A stretch of DNA of 64,000 nucleotides from Acholeplasmataceae bacterium (GCA_963667565.1 OY763415.1:832001-896000), one strand, 5' to 3'; numbered from the stretch's first letter, positions 39,515 through 50,513 are shown. Notes: generated from the sequence alone by a model not told the origin. Numbers and translations: made by a program.

Positions 39515-41572
39515 TTACTTTTTATAAGCTTCTACAATTTTATCAATTAGGTATACTGGAACTTCTTCATATCTTAAGAATGCTCTTGTAAATGATCCAC
39601 TACCTTGTGTCATTGCTTTTAAGTCAATGGCATATTTAATAATTTCGGCTTCTGGGGCTTCTGCTTCAATGACTTGGAAACCATCATCTTGATGCATACC
39701 AATGACTCTACCTCTACGCTTATTCATATCACCCATGACATCACCGACAAATTGATCTTTGACAGTAACTTCAATTTTAACAATAGGTTCTAAGATTGTG
39801 GGTTGAGCTTGTTTAACTGCTTCTTTAAATGCAAGTGAAGCAGCAAGTTTAAACGAAATTTCATTTGAATCGACTGGATGGTATGATCCATCATATAAAG
39901 TCGCTTTAACATTAATTACAGGAAAACCTGCCAATGGTCCATGTTCAAATGTTTCTACTAAGCCCTTTTCAACTGCTGGGAAGTAGTTTCTAGGAACGGA
40001 ACCACCAAAGACTTCTTCATCAAATTCAAATAATTCTTGTGAAGGTTGAAAACGAATCCATACATGACCAAATTGTCCTGCACCACCAGATTGTTTTTTA
40101 TGTTTACCTTCTGCTTCAACTTTTTTCTTAATTGTTTCTCTATAAACAATTTTTTGATCTTCAATATCAACATCAACTTTAAACATGTTCTTCATACGAT
40201 CAAGCACATATTGTAAATGTGTTAATCCTTGTCCTCCAAGTAAAAGCTGAGCAGTTTCTTTATTTCTTACGATAAGGAATGTTGGATCTTCAATATTAAT
40301 TCTGTGAAGTGCCATTGAAATCTTATCTTCATCATTTTTATTTTTTGGATGAACAGCAATAAATATAACTGGTGTAGGTTGTTGTACAACTTCATATTCT
40401 ATTTGATTTTTAGGATCAGATAGTGTTTGTCCTGTTTCAATACCTTCGGCTTTAGCAATTGCTGCAATATCACCTGCATGGAACAAATCTTCATCGATTT
40501 GTTGCTTACCACGTAAAGTGAATAAATTCATAATCTTCTTAGTATCTCCAAGCGTATTAACGAATACTTCTTGACCACTTGAAAGTGTACCTGAATTAAT
40601 TTTTAATAGGTTTACTTGCCCTAAAAATGGATCGACAATTGTTTTAAACACATAAGCTGAGAAAGGCTCATCATCATGTGTCAATCTTACAACTTTTGAT
40701 TGATCTATTAAGCTAACTGCTTCTAATGGTCTTAATTCATCTGGAGCGGGTAAATAATCAATAAGCATATTAAGGAGTGTTTCCACACCAATATCTTTTA
40801 ATGTGCTACCAACAATAACAGGTGTTAGTTCACCATCTAATATACCTTCTTTTAGTGCATGATGGATGACATCATTAGGTATTTCTTCACCTGCTAAATA
40901 TAAATCTAATAATTCTTCTGAAGTTTCTGCAACACTTTCAATAATTAAAGTGTGTAGTTCATCAATCTTAGGTCTTTTTTCTTCCCAAATTTCATCATCG
41001 CGACATGCTTTGCCATCATAAATTCTAGCTTTCATATCAACAACATTGACGAATCCTTCAAAATCTTCTTGGTGACCGATTGGCCAACAGAAAGGTACGG
41101 CTTTTTTACCAAGTTTTTCTCTTATTTCTTCTAAGACTTGTTCGAATTTGACATTTTCTTTATCCATTTTATTAACAAATAAAATTGCTGGAATATGTCT
41201 TTTTCTAATTTCATTCCAAACTCTTTCAGTTCCAACTTCAACACCTTTTGATGCATCAATCATTAAAACTGCGCCTTTGACTACTTCAAGAGCTTGGTTA
41301 AGATCCCCTACAAACTCATCACTTCCAGGTACATCTAGAAAGTTAAGTTTATAGTCATGCCATTCCACTGGAATTAAACTTAGTGAAAGGCTTGAGAGCT
41401 TGTTTTGTTCTTCTACCATATAATCAGATACGGTATTTTTCTTTTCTACTTCGCCTTTTTTATCAATGGCGTTTGAAGAAAAGAGTAGAGATTCTGTTAA
41501 ACTCGTTTTGCCTGATCCTTGATGTCCCAAAACTGCTATGTTTCTTATTGTTTTTGTCTCGTATGCCTTCAT
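39515..41572 (-). CDS. Elongation factor G paralogue (EF-G2-like)
   Basis: Five-domain EF-G length; KKQSGGAGQFG and DGSYHPVDS present; divergent G motifs; not in the str operon. Confidence 0.9.
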   Translation of the reverse strand: MKAYETKTIRNIAVLGHQGSGKTSLTESLLFSSNAIDKKGEVEKKNTVSDYMVEEQNKLSSLSLSLIPVEWHDYKLNFLDVPGSDEFVGDLNQALEVVKGAVLMIDASKGVEVGTERVWNEIRKRHIPAILFVNKMDKENVKFEQVLEEIREKLGKKAVPFCWPIGHQEDFEGFVNVVDMKARIYDGKACRDDEIWEEKRPKIDELHTLIIESVAETSEELLDLYLAGEEIPNDVIHHALKEGILDGELTPVIVGSTLKDIGVETLLNMLIDYLPAPDELRPLEAVSLIDQSKVVRLTHDDEPFSAYVFKTIVDPFLGQVNLLKINSGTLSSGQEVFVNTLGDTKKIMNLFTLRGKQQIDEDLFHAGDIAAIAKAEGIETGQTLSDPKNQIEYEVVQQPTPVIFIAVHPKNKNDEDKISMALHRINIEDPTFLIVRNKETAQLLLGGQGLTHLQYVLDRMKNMFKVDVDIEDQKIVYRETIKKKVEAEGKHKKQSGGAGQFGHVWIRFQPSQELFEFDEEVFGGSVPRNYFPAVEKGLVETFEHGPLAGFPVINVKATLYDGSYHPVDSNEISFKLAASLAFKEAVKQAQPTILEPIVKIEVTVKDQFVGDVMGDMNKRRGRVIGMHQDDGFQVIEAEAPEAEIIKYAIDLKAMTQGSGSFTRAFLRYEEVPVYLIDKIVEAYKK

Positions 41573-41582
41573 AGTAACCTCC

Positions 41583-41596
41583 TGTAATCGTTTTCA
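41583..41596 (-). promoter_or_regulatory. cre-like (CcpA/LacI-type) operator upstream of the EF-G paralogue
   Basis: TGAAAACGATTACA matches TGWAANCGNTNWCA; lies between the extended -10 (41611-41616) and the SD. Confidence 0.6.
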
Positions 41597-41706
41597 TTTT
41601 CTATATCTTTATTATAGCACTAAAATTTCTATTTGTGGGTAAAAAACCAAAATTAACCATTTTTATCTCAAAGCATATATTATGATATAATATCTTTGGT
41701 GAGACA

Positions 41707-41964
41707 ATGAATAAATTACCCATAAAATTAATTAAATGGTATCAAGCTGAAATATCCCCAAATAGTAATCACAAATGCAGACATCATCCAACATGTAGCA
41801 ACTATGCAATCACTGCATATCAACGTTTTAACTTTGTTAAAGCCTCTTTTCTTACGACTAAAAGAATTCTTACTTGTAATCCTTTATTCAAGCCTAAGTA
41901 TGATCCAGTTCCTGAGAAAAAAATAAGAAAACATAGAGAAAAAAAAGAAGCGAATCATGATTAA
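41707..41964 (+). CDS. yidD: Membrane protein insertion efficiency factor
   Basis: YQAEISP, CRHHPTCSNY, RILTCNP, YDPVP. Confidence 0.92.
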   Translation: MNKLPIKLIKWYQAEISPNSNHKCRHHPTCSNYAITAYQRFNFVKASFLTTKRILTCNPLFKPKYDPVPEKKIRKHREKKEANHD

Positions 41965-41978
41965 CATGATCGCTTTTT

Positions 41979-42593
41979 TTATAGATTATCTTGTTTTCTT
42001 TTAATAACTTTTTGTCTTGTGAATTGTTCTCTTTCTTTTTCTTCTAAGACATCAATAATATACTTAATATTGGAATTAAACCTTGGGATAACGACATTCT
42101 CTAATGCATTTGCTCTTTTTTGAGCTTTTCTTATGGCATTTGCTAATCGATAAGTTGCATTATCTACTTCTGATAATTTGACTGTAAGCTCTAATACTTT
42201 TTGGAATTGTCTATATGCATAATCAAATTTAGTGTTGGTTGAATTTAAACCATATCTTATCTTAACTGGTAATGGATTATGAGAAACTTTAGGGATAGTA
42301 ACACCCATCACTGATCTGTATGTAATTTCTAGTTCATCATCAATTGGAATAGACATGGCAATATCTGAAACAATACCTAATGTAATATTAGCTTCTTGCA
42401 AAGCTTGATATGCTTTTTGATATGTTTTTGATAATTCATCTCTTAAATAATGAACATCATCAAGAAGCGACATCATTTCACGAATTAAAATGTTTCTTTT
42501 ACGATCCATGAGTTCAAACCCTTTTTTAGCAAGTTCGTTAGATTTTTGCAAAGCCATGAGATTACCTTTAGTCGGAAATACTTGTTGACTCAA
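41979..42593 (-). CDS. ntpD: V/A-type ATPase subunit D
   Basis: PTKGNL, RANALENVVIP, LEEKEREQF; TTG start. Confidence 0.93.
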   Translation of the reverse strand: MSQQVFPTKGNLMALQKSNELAKKGFELMDRKRNILIREMMSLLDDVHYLRDELSKTYQKAYQALQEANITLGIVSDIAMSIPIDDELEITYRSVMGVTIPKVSHNPLPVKIRYGLNSTNTKFDYAYRQFQKVLELTVKLSEVDNATYRLANAIRKAQKRANALENVVIPRFNSNIKYIIDVLEEKEREQFTRQKVIKRKQDNL

Positions 42594-42595
42594 GA

Positions 42596-44032
42596 TTAAT
42601 CATCTCCTTTGAGTTCACGAATGATTGGCTTTTTAATAATGTTAAATCGTTTAATTGCACGATCAGGATTGTAATATTCTTTTAAGATGTCATCATCAAG
42701 TCTTGATAATTCATCTTTTGGTAGTACTGATAATAAATCCCATCCTAAATCAAGTGTTTCAATGATGTCACGTTTAACATCACCTTGATTTAAGAAATGT
42801 TGTTCAAATAATTTACCAAATTCAATATATTTTTTATCAATAGGTGTCAATTCATCTTCACCTATAACAGAGGCAAGGCTTCTCGCATCTTGAACTTGAG
42901 CATAAGATGCAAATAATTGATTTGATATATCTTTATGATCTTTTCTTGTATAACCTTCACCAATACCATCTTTCATCAAACGAGAAAGTGAAGGTAGAAC
43001 TCCTACAGGTGGATATACACCCATTTGTTTTAAATCACGGCTCAGAACAATTTGCCCTTCAGTAATATATCCCGTTAAATCTGGTACGGGGTGAGTAATG
43101 TCGTCATTTGGCATCGTTAGAATAGGAATCTGAGTCACAGAACCTTTAGCGTTGTTAACAATACCTGCTCTTTCGTAAAGTGAGGCAAGATCTGAGTATA
43201 AATAGCCTGGAAATCCTTTACGTCCTGGAATTTCACCTTTAGAACTAGAAAATTCTCTTAATGCTTCACAATATGAAGTCATATCAGTTAAGATTGTTAA
43301 TACATGCATATCATGATTAAATGCTAAATATTCAGATGCTGTAAGTGCAAATCTTGGTGTTAATATTCTTTCAATAATAGGTTCATTTGAAAGATTAATA
43401 AACATCACAACTTTATGCATAACACCTGCTTCTTCAAACTGGCGTTTAAAATATTGTGCAACATCATTTTTGACACCCATAGCAGCAAAAACAACACAAA
43501 AATTATCACCTTGTTTATCTGCAATTTCAGCTTGTTTTACAATTTGTGCTGCAAGTTCATTATGAGGCATACCTGATCCAGAAAAGATGGGTAGTTTTTG
43601 TCCTCTAATCAATGTTGTTAATGCATCAATACTTGAAATACCAGTAAGTACATAATTTCTTGGATAAACGCGTGACACTGGATTTAAAGGTAATCCATTA
43701 ATGTTTCTTAACTCGTCAACAAATACTTCACCTAAATGATCAATTGGTTTACCTGATCCATTAAATGTTCTTCCTAATATTTCTTTTGACAATGCCATTT
43801 CAACTGGATGTCCTGTAAAAATAGATTTTGTATTCGTAAGGGATATATTTGAAGTACCTTCAAACACTTGGATGGCAACTCTTTCACCATCCATTTGAAC
43901 AATACGTCCAAAGCGTGAACTACCATTATTTAGTTTAATCTCCACCATTTCTTCAAATCCAACATCTTTAACGCCGTCTAAGAATATAAGTGGTCCATTG
44001 ATTTCATCGAGTCCGATATATTGTAGTTTCAT
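42596..44032 (-). CDS. ntpB: V/A-type ATPase subunit B
   Basis: [30 protein letters not shown]. Confidence 0.96.
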   Translation of the reverse strand: MKLQYIGLDEINGPLIFLDGVKDVGFEEMVEIKLNNGSSRFGRIVQMDGERVAIQVFEGTSNISLTNTKSIFTGHPVEMALSKEILGRTFNGSGKPIDHLGEVFVDELRNINGLPLNPVSRVYPRNYVLTGISSIDALTTLIRGQKLPIFSGSGMPHNELAAQIVKQAEIADKQGDNFCVVFAAMGVKNDVAQYFKRQFEEAGVMHKVVMFINLSNEPIIERILTPRFALTASEYLAFNHDMHVLTILTDMTSYCEALREFSSSKGEIPGRKGFPGYLYSDLASLYERAGIVNNAKGSVTQIPILTMPNDDITHPVPDLTGYITEGQIVLSRDLKQMGVYPPVGVLPSLSRLMKDGIGEGYTRKDHKDISNQLFASYAQVQDARSLASVIGEDELTPIDKKYIEFGKLFEQHFLNQGDVKRDIIETLDLGWDLLSVLPKDELSRLDDDILKEYYNPDRAIKRFNIIKKPIIRELKGDD

Positions 44033-44041
44033 CTATTTCAC

Positions 44042-45790
44042 CTACTTCAAACGTGCTGTGATTTTATCAATCTCAGTCAAATATTCACTAAATTTTTCTA
44101 AATCATCATTTTTTACATCATATTTCATTTTAATGACTTTTTCGAAAATATTGGTGTTTAATAATGTGTCAATATCTCTACCATCATCAATCAGTTCTTT
44201 TGATTTTTGATATAGATACAAAATCACATCCATCATCTTTAATTGTTTAAGCATAGGTACAAAAGTATCTTCAGGATGGAATGCATTTTGTTGTAAAAAT
44301 CCTTCTCTAATAACTTTACCTGTTTGAATAATCAATTTTTGTTCATCTGGAAGCACATCACTACCAATCAATTTTACAATTTCTAGTAATTTTGTTTCTT
44401 CTGCGAGCAATGCAATAATTTGTTTACGATTATCTAAAAATCTAGGCCCTAGATTTGTTTCATACCATCTTGTTAAATCACCAACATAATCTGAATACGA
44501 TTGATTCCAGTTGATTGCTGCATAATGTCTAGCATAAGCCAGTTCTTTATCTAGTGCCCAAAAACTTCTTACAAATCGTTTTGTATTTTGAGTCACAGGT
44601 TCTGAAAAATCTGCACCTTGAGGAGAGACAGCACCAATGATAGATACTGAACCTTCTTCTTGAGACAATGTTGTGACATAAGCAGCTCTTTCATAAAATT
44701 GTGATATTCTACTTGGAAGATATGCTGGAAATCCTTCTTCAGCTGGCATTTCTTCTAACCGCCCACTGATTTCTCTTAATGCTTCTGCCCAACGTGAAGT
44801 TGAATCAGCCATGACAGCAACATGGTATCCCATGTCTCTATAATATTCAGCAATAGTCACACCTGTATAAATGCTAGCTTCTCTAGCAGCAACAGGCATA
44901 TTAGAAGTATTGGCAATAAGTACCGTTCTTTCCAATAATGGCTTATCTGTTCTTGGATCAACCAATTCACTAAACTCTTCAAGAACTTGTGTCATTTCAT
45001 TTCCACGTTCACCACAACCAACATATACGATAATATCTGCATCACACCATTTAGCAAATTGATGTTGCATCATTGTTTTACCAGTACCAAATCCACCAGG
45101 AACGGCAGCAGTACCACCTTTAGCTATTGGAAATAATGTGTCAATAATTCTTTGCCCACTGACTAATGGAATTGAGATTGGTAATCGGTTTGAAATTGGT
45201 CGAGGGTTTTTAATAGCCCATTTTTGGAAAAGTTTTAATTCATGGACATTGCCTTTTTGATCTTTAACTTTAACAATAGTATCTGTTAGTCTATATAGAT
45301 CATTTTCTTTGACATCAACAACTTCACCACTTATTTCAGGTGGAACTAAAAGTTTATGCTCAATCATTGTAGTTTCTGGAATTGTCGCGTAAACTTGTCC
45401 AGGTTTAATGACATCACCTTTTTTAACTAGCAATGTGACATCCCATTTTCTTTTTGTATCTAGAGGTTCAACATCACTACCAGCAGGGATAAAAATACCT
45501 TCTGTTTTTGCTATACTTTGTAAAGGGCGTTGAATCCCATCAAATATATTGGTTAATAATCCAGGACCTAAAATAGCTGAAATTTGTTCTCCTGTTGAAA
45601 AAACAGGTTCACCAATTTTTAGTCCTGTTGTGGATTCATAGACTTGAATGGTTGTTCTTGATTTTGAAATGTTGATGACTTCACCTAAAAGGCGTTCATG
45701 ACCTACATAAACCATTTCAAGCATTTGAAATACAGTTGCTTCTTTAACAGTAACAACTGGTCCATTGATGCTGTAAATCGTGTTTTCCAT
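44042..45790 (-). CDS. ntpA: V/A-type ATPase subunit A
   Basis: PGGFGTGKT, GCGERGNE, ANTSNMPVAARE. Confidence 0.96.
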   Translation of the reverse strand: MENTIYSINGPVVTVKEATVFQMLEMVYVGHERLLGEVINISKSRTTIQVYESTTGLKIGEPVFSTGEQISAILGPGLLTNIFDGIQRPLQSIAKTEGIFIPAGSDVEPLDTKRKWDVTLLVKKGDVIKPGQVYATIPETTMIEHKLLVPPEISGEVVDVKENDLYRLTDTIVKVKDQKGNVHELKLFQKWAIKNPRPISNRLPISIPLVSGQRIIDTLFPIAKGGTAAVPGGFGTGKTMMQHQFAKWCDADIIVYVGCGERGNEMTQVLEEFSELVDPRTDKPLLERTVLIANTSNMPVAAREASIYTGVTIAEYYRDMGYHVAVMADSTSRWAEALREISGRLEEMPAEEGFPAYLPSRISQFYERAAYVTTLSQEEGSVSIIGAVSPQGADFSEPVTQNTKRFVRSFWALDKELAYARHYAAINWNQSYSDYVGDLTRWYETNLGPRFLDNRKQIIALLAEETKLLEIVKLIGSDVLPDEQKLIIQTGKVIREGFLQQNAFHPEDTFVPMLKQLKMMDVILYLYQKSKELIDDGRDIDTLLNTNIFEKVIKMKYDVKNDDLEKFSEYLTEIDKITARLK

Positions 45791-45798
45791 AAATCCTC

Positions 45799-46401
45799 CT
45801 ATTCTCTGATAAACAATTTAGAATGTTTATAGAACCAATCTTTTTGTTCATCAATTTTTTGATCTAAAGTTTCATTTATTTCTACTCTTTGTTTAGGTAA
45901 GTATAGAATGAAACCTCCATATATAATAGATTCATCTTCTTCAATTTGATAAGTTGAATCTAGCGTTTGTATGATTTTTTTAATCACTTGATCTTTTGGT
46001 GCAATCTTAAAGATATATGTCGTTTTTTGAACATTGTTCAATGTATCTTCAATCTTTTCTTTTATATATGTTTCATATGCTTTTGTTTTGATGAATGCTT
46101 TGATTTTTGAAATCACACCTTGAAAAACATGATCACTCATTTCAAGACGTTTCTTGATAAGTTCTTCATCATAATTAACACCAATTTGATTAATTTGATT
46201 TTGATAACCAACACGTATTTCTCTTAGTCCACGATTATAATCAACGGTTTGTTGTAAAGACAAATCTTCTTTTAATCGCTTCATTGCTCTTTGATATTGG
46301 TAATCAATTTCTCTTCTTAAATCACTTAATCTTAATTCTGATTGCTCTTTAATCGATTTTTCAAAATATCTATAAAGTTCATCATCGTTATAATAAGCCA
46401 T
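45799..46401 (-). CDS. ntpE: V/A-type ATPase subunit E
   Basis: Helical N-terminus, IYGGFIL motif, operon position. Confidence 0.75.
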   Translation of the reverse strand: MAYYNDDELYRYFEKSIKEQSELRLSDLRREIDYQYQRAMKRLKEDLSLQQTVDYNRGLREIRVGYQNQINQIGVNYDEELIKKRLEMSDHVFQGVISKIKAFIKTKAYETYIKEKIEDTLNNVQKTTYIFKIAPKDQVIKKIIQTLDSTYQIEEDESIIYGGFILYLPKQRVEINETLDQKIDEQKDWFYKHSKLFIRE

Positions 46402-46410
46402 AATTATACC

Positions 46411-46719
46411 TCACAGTTTAACACCGATGGCTTCACTGACAATTTTATCAATGGTTTCACCGATATTGTTTTCTCCATGACGATCTGGAATTTCTACAAT
46501 TAACTTATTGGTATGCGTAAGTTTTAACTCAGAAACAATTTTAGGTGCAAGTTCAACACATTTTGTTGTGAGTAAAATAACACCAATCTCATCATCATGT
46601 AATTTTTCTTCTAAGACATGTAAAAAGGGTTGTCGTTCATGAACGACGACACTTTCGATGCCTACAAGTCTCATACCGACTTGTGTATCCACGTTGTCAC
46701 TAATTAAGAAAAACTTCAT
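46411..46719 (-). CDS. ntpF: V/A-type ATPase subunit F
   Basis: DTQVGMRLVGI, IVEIPD, EAIGVKL (general V-ATPase 'F' nomenclature). Confidence 0.85.
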   Translation of the reverse strand: MKFFLISDNVDTQVGMRLVGIESVVVHERQPFLHVLEEKLHDDEIGVILLTTKCVELAPKIVSELKLTHTNKLIVEIPDRHGENNIGETIDKIVSEAIGVKL

Positions 46720-46733
46720 CTACATCACGCTTC

Positions 46734-47186
46734 TTATAATTTATTAATAATTAAAATTGAAATTAAGATCCCGTAAATCGCAACCCCTTCACCAAGAGCA
46801 ACGAAAATCATTGATTTACCAAAATTCTTTTCATCTTCAGAAAACGCACCAATCGCTGCAGGCGCAGCAGCAGCAACGGCAATACCAGCACCTAGTGCTG
46901 ATAACCCAGTTGAAAGTGCAGCAGCAACAAAGCCTAACCCCTGAGCAATCGTTCCTAAAATAGTTGAATTTGCATTATCTGTTTCAAATCCAAAAATAGC
47001 TGGTTTAAATACAAACTGTAATAATAAGACAACAGCTAAGACTGAGAAAAACCCAGAAATATGTGTCAAAAAGCGTCTTTTTGTACTTTCTTTTGTTGTC
47101 TTTCCTTTAAACACTTTAACAAGTGGTAAAGAAATAATTACTAATAAAATTAAAGGTAAAATAAAATCATAAAATGTCAAAAACAT
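46734..47186 (-). CDS. ntpK: V/A-type ATPase proteolipid subunit K/c
   Basis: GAGIAV hairpin and LGEGVAIYG carrying the ion-binding Glu. Confidence 0.9.
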   Translation of the reverse strand: MFLTFYDFILPLILLVIISLPLVKVFKGKTTKESTKRRFLTHISGFFSVLAVVLLLQFVFKPAIFGFETDNANSTILGTIAQGLGFVAAALSTGLSALGAGIAVAAAAPAAIGAFSEDEKNFGKSMIFVALGEGVAIYGILISILIINKL

Positions 47187-47209
47187 TGTTTAATCCTCCG
47201 TATAATAAT

Positions 47210-49129
47210 TTATTCATTAATCGCTTTAAAAGGTATTCCATTACCTTCATAATAGCGAGAAAACATCTCATAAAATTCTAATCTTAATACTTGAATACCA
47301 ACAATAAGTCCTTCAAGTCCCATAACAAATATATTTCCAAGAATCATAATTACGATACTGCTTCCTTGGCTGGTACCTTGCATCAAAGTATTAACAACTA
47401 GCATCATCCCAGCATGAGATAAAATGAATCCACCAATTCTTAGGAATGAAACAGTATTGGTAATATATGATAAGACAATTTCAAATAATTCAAAGAATCC
47501 TTCCAGGAAAAATCCTCCAAAACCAGATTCAAACATCTTCTTTTTCTCAAAAATACGATGCATCGGTTCTTTTAAGAATATGAGAATGAGCGGTATCACT
47601 ACCATGAAAATAATCGTCAATGGATTAAATATCTGAATACTAAATCCCATATTTAGTGCAATACCTGTAATCAAGAACGCATAGAATATAAATCCAGCAA
47701 TACCATTATGTGAAAATAATAGTTCTGCATAATTCTTTTTCTTGATGGCGGTAATCATGTTAAATATCATTGAAATCAATATTAAAACTGCACCAAGACC
47801 AACTGCAATCACGAGTAATGTCATAGTAAACTGTGAATCCATAACTTTTATTGGTAAAAGCGGGACACCTAAATGATGATAAATCGATTCGAGCCATGTT
47901 TCATTGCCAAAAACGGAACCATAGACTAATCCAAAAATCATAGATGATATACCAATACGAACACCAACAGCACCAAGTTTCATTTTTTTAAATCGCCAAA
48001 GGAATGCACCTAAGATAAGTAAAACAAAACCTTGGCCAAAATCACCAAACATAATACCAAAAAGCAGTGAATATGTTAACGCTACAAATGGTGTTGGATC
48101 TATATCATTATATGATGGTACACCATACATATTTACAAACATACCAAATGGTTTACTAAACCAACCATTCTTAATTTTAGTTGGTGGTTTAATCCTTTGA
48201 TCACTTTCTGCATTGTCTAATGTAATTTCGATCTTGTCATCATCTTTGAAAATATGTTTTAATGTATCTGATTTCTCATCTTCTATAAAACCTGTGATCG
48301 TGAATTTATCACCAAGACCAACCACATATTTTTTAGATTCAAACACTCTGTTTAAAAATAACAGTTCGCCTTTGATATATGCAAGTTCATCTCTACATTC
48401 ATTAGTAATGACACCCATATCTTCACGATAATGTGTAATCATTTTATAATCTTGTTCAATTTCAAATTCCAATGCTTTTATTGCATCTTTTGGAATACCA
48501 TGAACAAAATCAGGAATGTGAATTCGTTCAAAGAATAGTGATGAAAATATGTTATCGACTTCTTTTTTATATTCAGGAGACGTGTAATACATACACCAAC
48601 TGTTATTTTGATCATGATTAAATGATTTGAATACATAAGGTTTAGATCTGAAAAATTGTAATTTTTCTACTGAATCATTGGGTAAACGTCCAAATCTGAG
48701 TTTAATAAACTCACAAGCAAATAAATCCTCAAGTGGAATATCCAAACTTTGAATATTTTGAACTTGAATAAGTGCATCTTTATATTTTTGAATATGTTCT
48801 TCAAGTTGTGTAATTCTTGAAAGTTCATTGCTGAGTCTTGATTTAACATCACTCATATAATCATACATTTCATTAAATGAATAATGATCATCACGATTTT
48901 CATCAGATGGAAGATGGAGTTGATATCTACTTTCAATATCATTTAATTCATCTAATAATTTCTTCCAAGGATTTTCAGCAACAAATGTTGTTGATCCTTG
49001 TATTTTTTCTACAATTTCACTCGCGAGAACCGGGTGAAAATCAGTCACATCTGCAAATTTAGTTAAAGTTGAATCTAGATCTTTAACTTGACCAGTGATG
49101 TTGACTAATTTAATTTTAGCAATACTCAT
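47210..49129 (-). CDS. ntpI: V/A-type ATPase subunit I/a
   Basis: FGIMFGDFGQG, NTVSFLRI, LRLEFYEMF. Confidence 0.93.
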   Translation of the reverse strand: MSIAKIKLVNITGQVKDLDSTLTKFADVTDFHPVLASEIVEKIQGSTTFVAENPWKKLLDELNDIESRYQLHLPSDENRDDHYSFNEMYDYMSDVKSRLSNELSRITQLEEHIQKYKDALIQVQNIQSLDIPLEDLFACEFIKLRFGRLPNDSVEKLQFFRSKPYVFKSFNHDQNNSWCMYYTSPEYKKEVDNIFSSLFFERIHIPDFVHGIPKDAIKALEFEIEQDYKMITHYREDMGVITNECRDELAYIKGELLFLNRVFESKKYVVGLGDKFTITGFIEDEKSDTLKHIFKDDDKIEITLDNAESDQRIKPPTKIKNGWFSKPFGMFVNMYGVPSYNDIDPTPFVALTYSLLFGIMFGDFGQGFVLLILGAFLWRFKKMKLGAVGVRIGISSMIFGLVYGSVFGNETWLESIYHHLGVPLLPIKVMDSQFTMTLLVIAVGLGAVLILISMIFNMITAIKKKNYAELLFSHNGIAGFIFYAFLITGIALNMGFSIQIFNPLTIIFMVVIPLILIFLKEPMHRIFEKKKMFESGFGGFFLEGFFELFEIVLSYITNTVSFLRIGGFILSHAGMMLVVNTLMQGTSQGSSIVIMILGNIFVMGLEGLIVGIQVLRLEFYEMFSRYYEGNGIPFKAINE

Positions 49130-49142
49130 ATAGATTCTCCTT

Positions 49143-50180
49143 TTAGTAAATTAACATTTGCTTCATTTCTTGTTCATTAATTTGATATCTGATGCTTTCA
49201 ATAATATTAATTAGATTGTCAAGCTCAAATTGAGATAAAATCGTAAATGCTGTATATATTTCAGGTACTTCTGCTTTGTAATACATCACTTTTTTAGCAA
49301 GTTCAAACCGAACTTTACCCGTATAGTATTCAATAAATACATATTCATCTTCATCAGCAACATCAAAATGACCTTTCTTATCAAACTGTTTAAGAAGTTC
49401 ATCAGGATCATCTATCATCACAAGCTTATCGAGCATTTTTGAATTCATTTCTGCAAACTCATCTAATAAAACGTTTCTTATGGTGATCGGATCCGCATGA
49501 TAAAATTTCTTTAGTCTATATATTTTAGTAATATTAACTAAGTCAATTCTTATTCTAAATAAATGTTCCAAGTCTGTTTTAAGTTTTCCATGATAATGTT
49601 TTTCAATGGTTTTGAATACAAGACGATAAAGATATTCTTCAAGTGCATGCTCAATATCAATATATCTGATCTTATCTTTGTCCGTCGTATAATATGGTTT
49701 TAGTATGTCGTAATATATAGACTCTTCTAGTGATTTTAATAAATCATCAAAAGTTTGAACATTTAATAATTTTGAAAAATCAATTTGTGTAGGCACATTA
49801 TAAAAGAATGGAATTGATCCGCTGATGTCGGCACCTTCCTCACTAATGATTTTTCTTAAAACGGATAAAATAATCTCATTTTGCTGATGGACGACATCGA
49901 GCATATAAAATTCTTTATCTTTGGAATAGACTAATTTGATTAATTTAATGATTTGCTCAACACGATTTTTTCTAATTAAAGACTCTAAATGTCCCCGATG
50001 AATCGTGATCGGTTGGACATCTTTAAGTATTTTTTCATAATGAGGATGTGCTTGCAAGTATTTAACTAAATCTGGTAAAGTTTTCAATTTTACCATGCGA
50101 TCATAATCTTCTGCTTGTAAAAACTTTCCATACATAGCTTTAGCTTTTGCAATAATCGCATTATTTGCTAATGAACCCAT
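49143..50180 (-). CDS. ntpC: V/A-type ATPase subunit C
   Basis: AKAKAMYGKFL start, C-terminal ELDNLINIIESIRY. Confidence 0.85.
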   Translation of the reverse strand: MGSLANNAIIAKAKAMYGKFLQAEDYDRMVKLKTLPDLVKYLQAHPHYEKILKDVQPITIHRGHLESLIRKNRVEQIIKLIKLVYSKDKEFYMLDVVHQQNEIILSVLRKIISEEGADISGSIPFFYNVPTQIDFSKLLNVQTFDDLLKSLEESIYYDILKPYYTTDKDKIRYIDIEHALEEYLYRLVFKTIEKHYHGKLKTDLEHLFRIRIDLVNITKIYRLKKFYHADPITIRNVLLDEFAEMNSKMLDKLVMIDDPDELLKQFDKKGHFDVADEDEYVFIEYYTGKVRFELAKKVMYYKAEVPEIYTAFTILSQFELDNLINIIESIRYQINEQEMKQMLIY

Positions 50181-50192
50181 AAATAGACTCCT

Positions 50193-50513
50193 TTATGCTT
50201 TGACACATTCTTCAAATATTTCTTCGATCCATTTATCCTCATTTTTTTCAAACTGTTCTTTAATATATGCTAACTGTTTTTCAAAATGCGCTAATTCTTT
50301 CTTCTTACGCGTTTCGATATCAGTCTCATATTCGAGTTTAGCTTTAGCAAGCTTTTCTTCGTTTTCTTTATCAAGCTCAGCTTTTAAAGTTTTTGCTTCT
50401 TCCTTGATGCGTTGATCAAGTTTGAATTTTTCATCTTCAAGTTTAGCAATCGCTTCTCGTGCTTTCTTATCAAGCATGACCGTGTGCTTTATAATTGATT
50501 CTGGCATATACAT
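50193..50513 (-). CDS. Probable V/A-type ATPase peripheral stalk subunit G/H
   Basis: 106-aa charged helix, first gene of the ATPase cluster. Confidence 0.65.
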   Translation of the reverse strand: MYMPESIIKHTVMLDKKAREAIAKLEDEKFKLDQRIKEEAKTLKAELDKENEEKLAKAKLEYETDIETRKKKELAHFEKQLAYIKEQFEKNEDKWIEEIFEECVKA

